Translations under genes and position numbers: made by a program
Source: a virus
Length of the DNA: 64,000 nt
Direction: 5' to 3' (one strand)
Virus record (IMG/VR): IMGVR_UViG_3300045988_179616
Span: 43,395 to 107,394 of that record
Part shown: positions 62,750-64,000 of the stretch, one piece after another
How the letters are laid out: every line of letters starts with the position of its first letter
Numbering within the stretch: the stretch's first letter is position 1
The notes under the pieces: model-generated
Databases searched by the model: none
Seen by the model: only the letters and a program-made list of their open reading frames with translations
What the model was told of the DNA's origin: nothing

Positions 62750-63793
62750 TTACTCCCAATTAGTAATTTTTGTACGCTTCTTTCTTTGTGGTGTCATCCA
62801 TAAAACTCCATCTCGCGCACGAGTAATCCCAACATAGGATACTCTACACTCTTCGGGACTCCAAAGATTTAATCCAACGCAAGCTACGTAGTCCCATTCT
62901 AAACCTTTCGCGCTATGTACAGTCAAAACCTTTACTGTATTTTCTTCCATTTTTTTATCCAGTTCTTCTTTTTTGAGATCTCCCTGCTTGAAGCTATCAC
63001 AAGGAACCCCGTTATCAACCAGATAATCTTTGATAGTATCGACTTGCGCATTAGTCCGTGCTAATACTGCCCATTTATAATATTTTTTACTAATATTTAT
63101 CATATCTAGGATTAGTTGTTCACTATAAGGCTTCATTGCTACTGTTCCTTTAACCTGGCGTATAGCAACACTGTCATCAGTCATACTACATTTTTGAAGA
63201 GTAGATTTTGCAAAACGAAGAACGTCAGGACAACAGCGATAATTTTCATTCATAGAATAAACTTTTGCCCCAAGTTCATACTGATAACTCTTCAAAAGGT
63301 CCGGACGACTGCCTGCAAAGCCGTATATCGACTGTCGTAAATCAAAGACAATAAAATATTCTTTTGCGTGAAGCATTTCAAAAATAAATTTTAGCTGAAT
63401 TTCATTACTATCTTGCGCTTCGTCACATAAACATATATCAATATTTGGCGTACATTCTGGATGCTTTTGCATTAGATGAAAAAGTCCATCGAATTTTTCG
63501 TCGTTCATATACTTTATGGCTTCTTTTACACCATTTCTGAGTAGAAGGTGCGCGCAGTAAGAGTGGATAGTTCCAATAAATAAGTTATCATTATTATCTA
63601 CTTGAAGACGCTTTTTCATCTCTCCAGATGCCATATTTGTAAATGTAAAAGCCACTACACTTTTTCCATTTTGAATACTTTGACGGACTTTTTCGGTTAG
63701 AACTTTTGTTTTTCCCGAACCGGCACTACTACTCACAAAGATAATTGGCTCTGTTGCTTCTAATATCGTATTCTGTATATTACTTAGTTCCAA
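62750..63793 (-). CDS. Compact SF1 UvrD/PcrA-like helicase (347 aa)
   Basis: Motif I SAGSGKTK, Ia FTFTNMASGEM, II CDEAQD, III QSIYGFAG, V TVHSAKGLEWD, VI YVGITRAR. Too short to contain full 1B/2B accessory domains. Confidence 0.7.
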   Translation of the reverse strand: MELSNIQNTILEATEPIIFVSSSAGSGKTKVLTEKVRQSIQNGKSVVAFTFTNMASGEMKKRLQVDNNDNLFIGTIHSYCAHLLLRNGVKEAIKYMNDEKFDGLFHLMQKHPECTPNIDICLCDEAQDSNEIQLKFIFEMLHAKEYFIVFDLRQSIYGFAGSRPDLLKSYQYELGAKVYSMNENYRCCPDVLRFAKSTLQKCSMTDDSVAIRQVKGTVAMKPYSEQLILDMINISKKYYKWAVLARTNAQVDTIKDYLVDNGVPCDSFKQGDLKKEELDKKMEENTVKVLTVHSAKGLEWDYVACVGLNLWSPEECRVSYVGITRARDGVLWMTPQRKKRTKITNWE

Positions 63794-63814
63794 TTCCTTT
63801 CACCTCTTTTTTAT

Positions 63815-63843
63815 ATTATAACATTTATTTTGATAGGTGTCAA
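63815..63843 (-). promoter_or_regulatory. Perfect consensus promoter TTGACA-17-TATAAT driving the leftward arm
   Basis: Minus strand reads TTGACACCTATCAAAATAAATGTTATAAT, 22 nt upstream of the helicase ATG region. Confidence 0.65.
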
Positions 63844-63905
63844 TTTTTTGGAGATTTTATAAGTGATTTTAACTTATAAGTAGAAACTTATAGGAGGTAA
63901 AGGAA

Positions 63906-64000
63906 ATGGAGATGCTAACTTTGATTGTTGCACTATCTGCCGTACTTTGGTATGTAATTGACCGTGCGCATCCTCTATGGGAAAGTCTTTCTTATGGGAA
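63906..64000 (+). CDS. Small membrane protein, 5' partial (holin-like candidate; runs off the window)
   Basis: AGGAGG RBS. Translates as MEMLTLIVALSAVLWYVIDRAHPLWESLSYG, with a hydrophobic N-terminal helix. The function is a guess from context. Confidence 0.35.
   Translation, partial: MEMLTLIVALSAVLWYVIDRAHPLWESLSYG

Noticed and set aside
1-64000. tRNA/tmRNA genes, integrase/att sites, CRISPR-cas, endolysin
   Set aside because: Intergenic spaces are short and are occupied by promoters and terminators. No cloverleaf-like sequence, tyrosine or serine recombinase motifs, or muramidase/amidase motifs were recognised. Absence cannot be proven by eye, and these features may lie outside the window.

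Overview
The window is almost entirely a low-GC (roughly one third GC by eye) tailed dsDNA phage or prophage segment. Its expression signals are Firmicutes-style: AGGAGG ribosome-binding sites, TTGACA-17-TATAAT promoters, and hairpin plus T-tract terminators. Layout: (i) 1-1.95 kb holds small minus-strand accessory cassettes, including a GC-rich islet with an amber-interrupted ORF. (ii) A divergent control region at 1.95-2.36 kb carries three 40-bp-phased direct repeats. (iii) A 34-kb plus-strand late arm (2.37-36.7 kb) encodes two Zn-ribbon proteins, large terminase, portal, scaffold-like protein, capsid, connectors, major tail protein, a 2569-aa tape measure, Dit, a 2078-aa Tal-like protein, a 988-aa fibre/RBP candidate, and a tail-end cluster of small unusual proteins. 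(iv) A bidirectional terminator lies at about 36.76 kb. (v) A 27-kb minus-strand arm (36.8-63.8 kb) encodes RuvC-like resolvase, dUTPase fusion, divergent ThyX-like protein, dCMP deaminase, SHMT, class II RNR, DnaE-type polymerase, RecJ-like exonuclease, primase, DnaB helicase, Sak4-like ATPase, SSB-like protein, small wHTH protein, GyrA/GyrB-like topoisomerase II, a membrane-anchored GIY-YIG nuclease and a compact UvrD-like helicase. (vi) A divergent consensus promoter lies at 63.8 kb, followed by the start of a plus-strand small membrane protein gene. No integrase, tRNA, rRNA or CRISPR array was seen. Most notable observations: a 323-nt ORF-less group I intron splits the GyrB-like gene exactly in the Toprim DxD motif. 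The alternating hexamer GCGCGC is strikingly over-represented, independent of reading frame, and absent from the tail-fibre block. A closed one-carbon/pyrimidine module (SHMT plus ThyX-like with a non-canonical RHR/SxR motif plus dCMP deaminase plus extended dUTPase plus B12-type RNR) is present. Three near-identical terminator-promoter composite cassettes occur in the early arm. Several other regulatory and compositional oddities are listed. All functional calls rest on motifs recognised by eye; no database search was possible.
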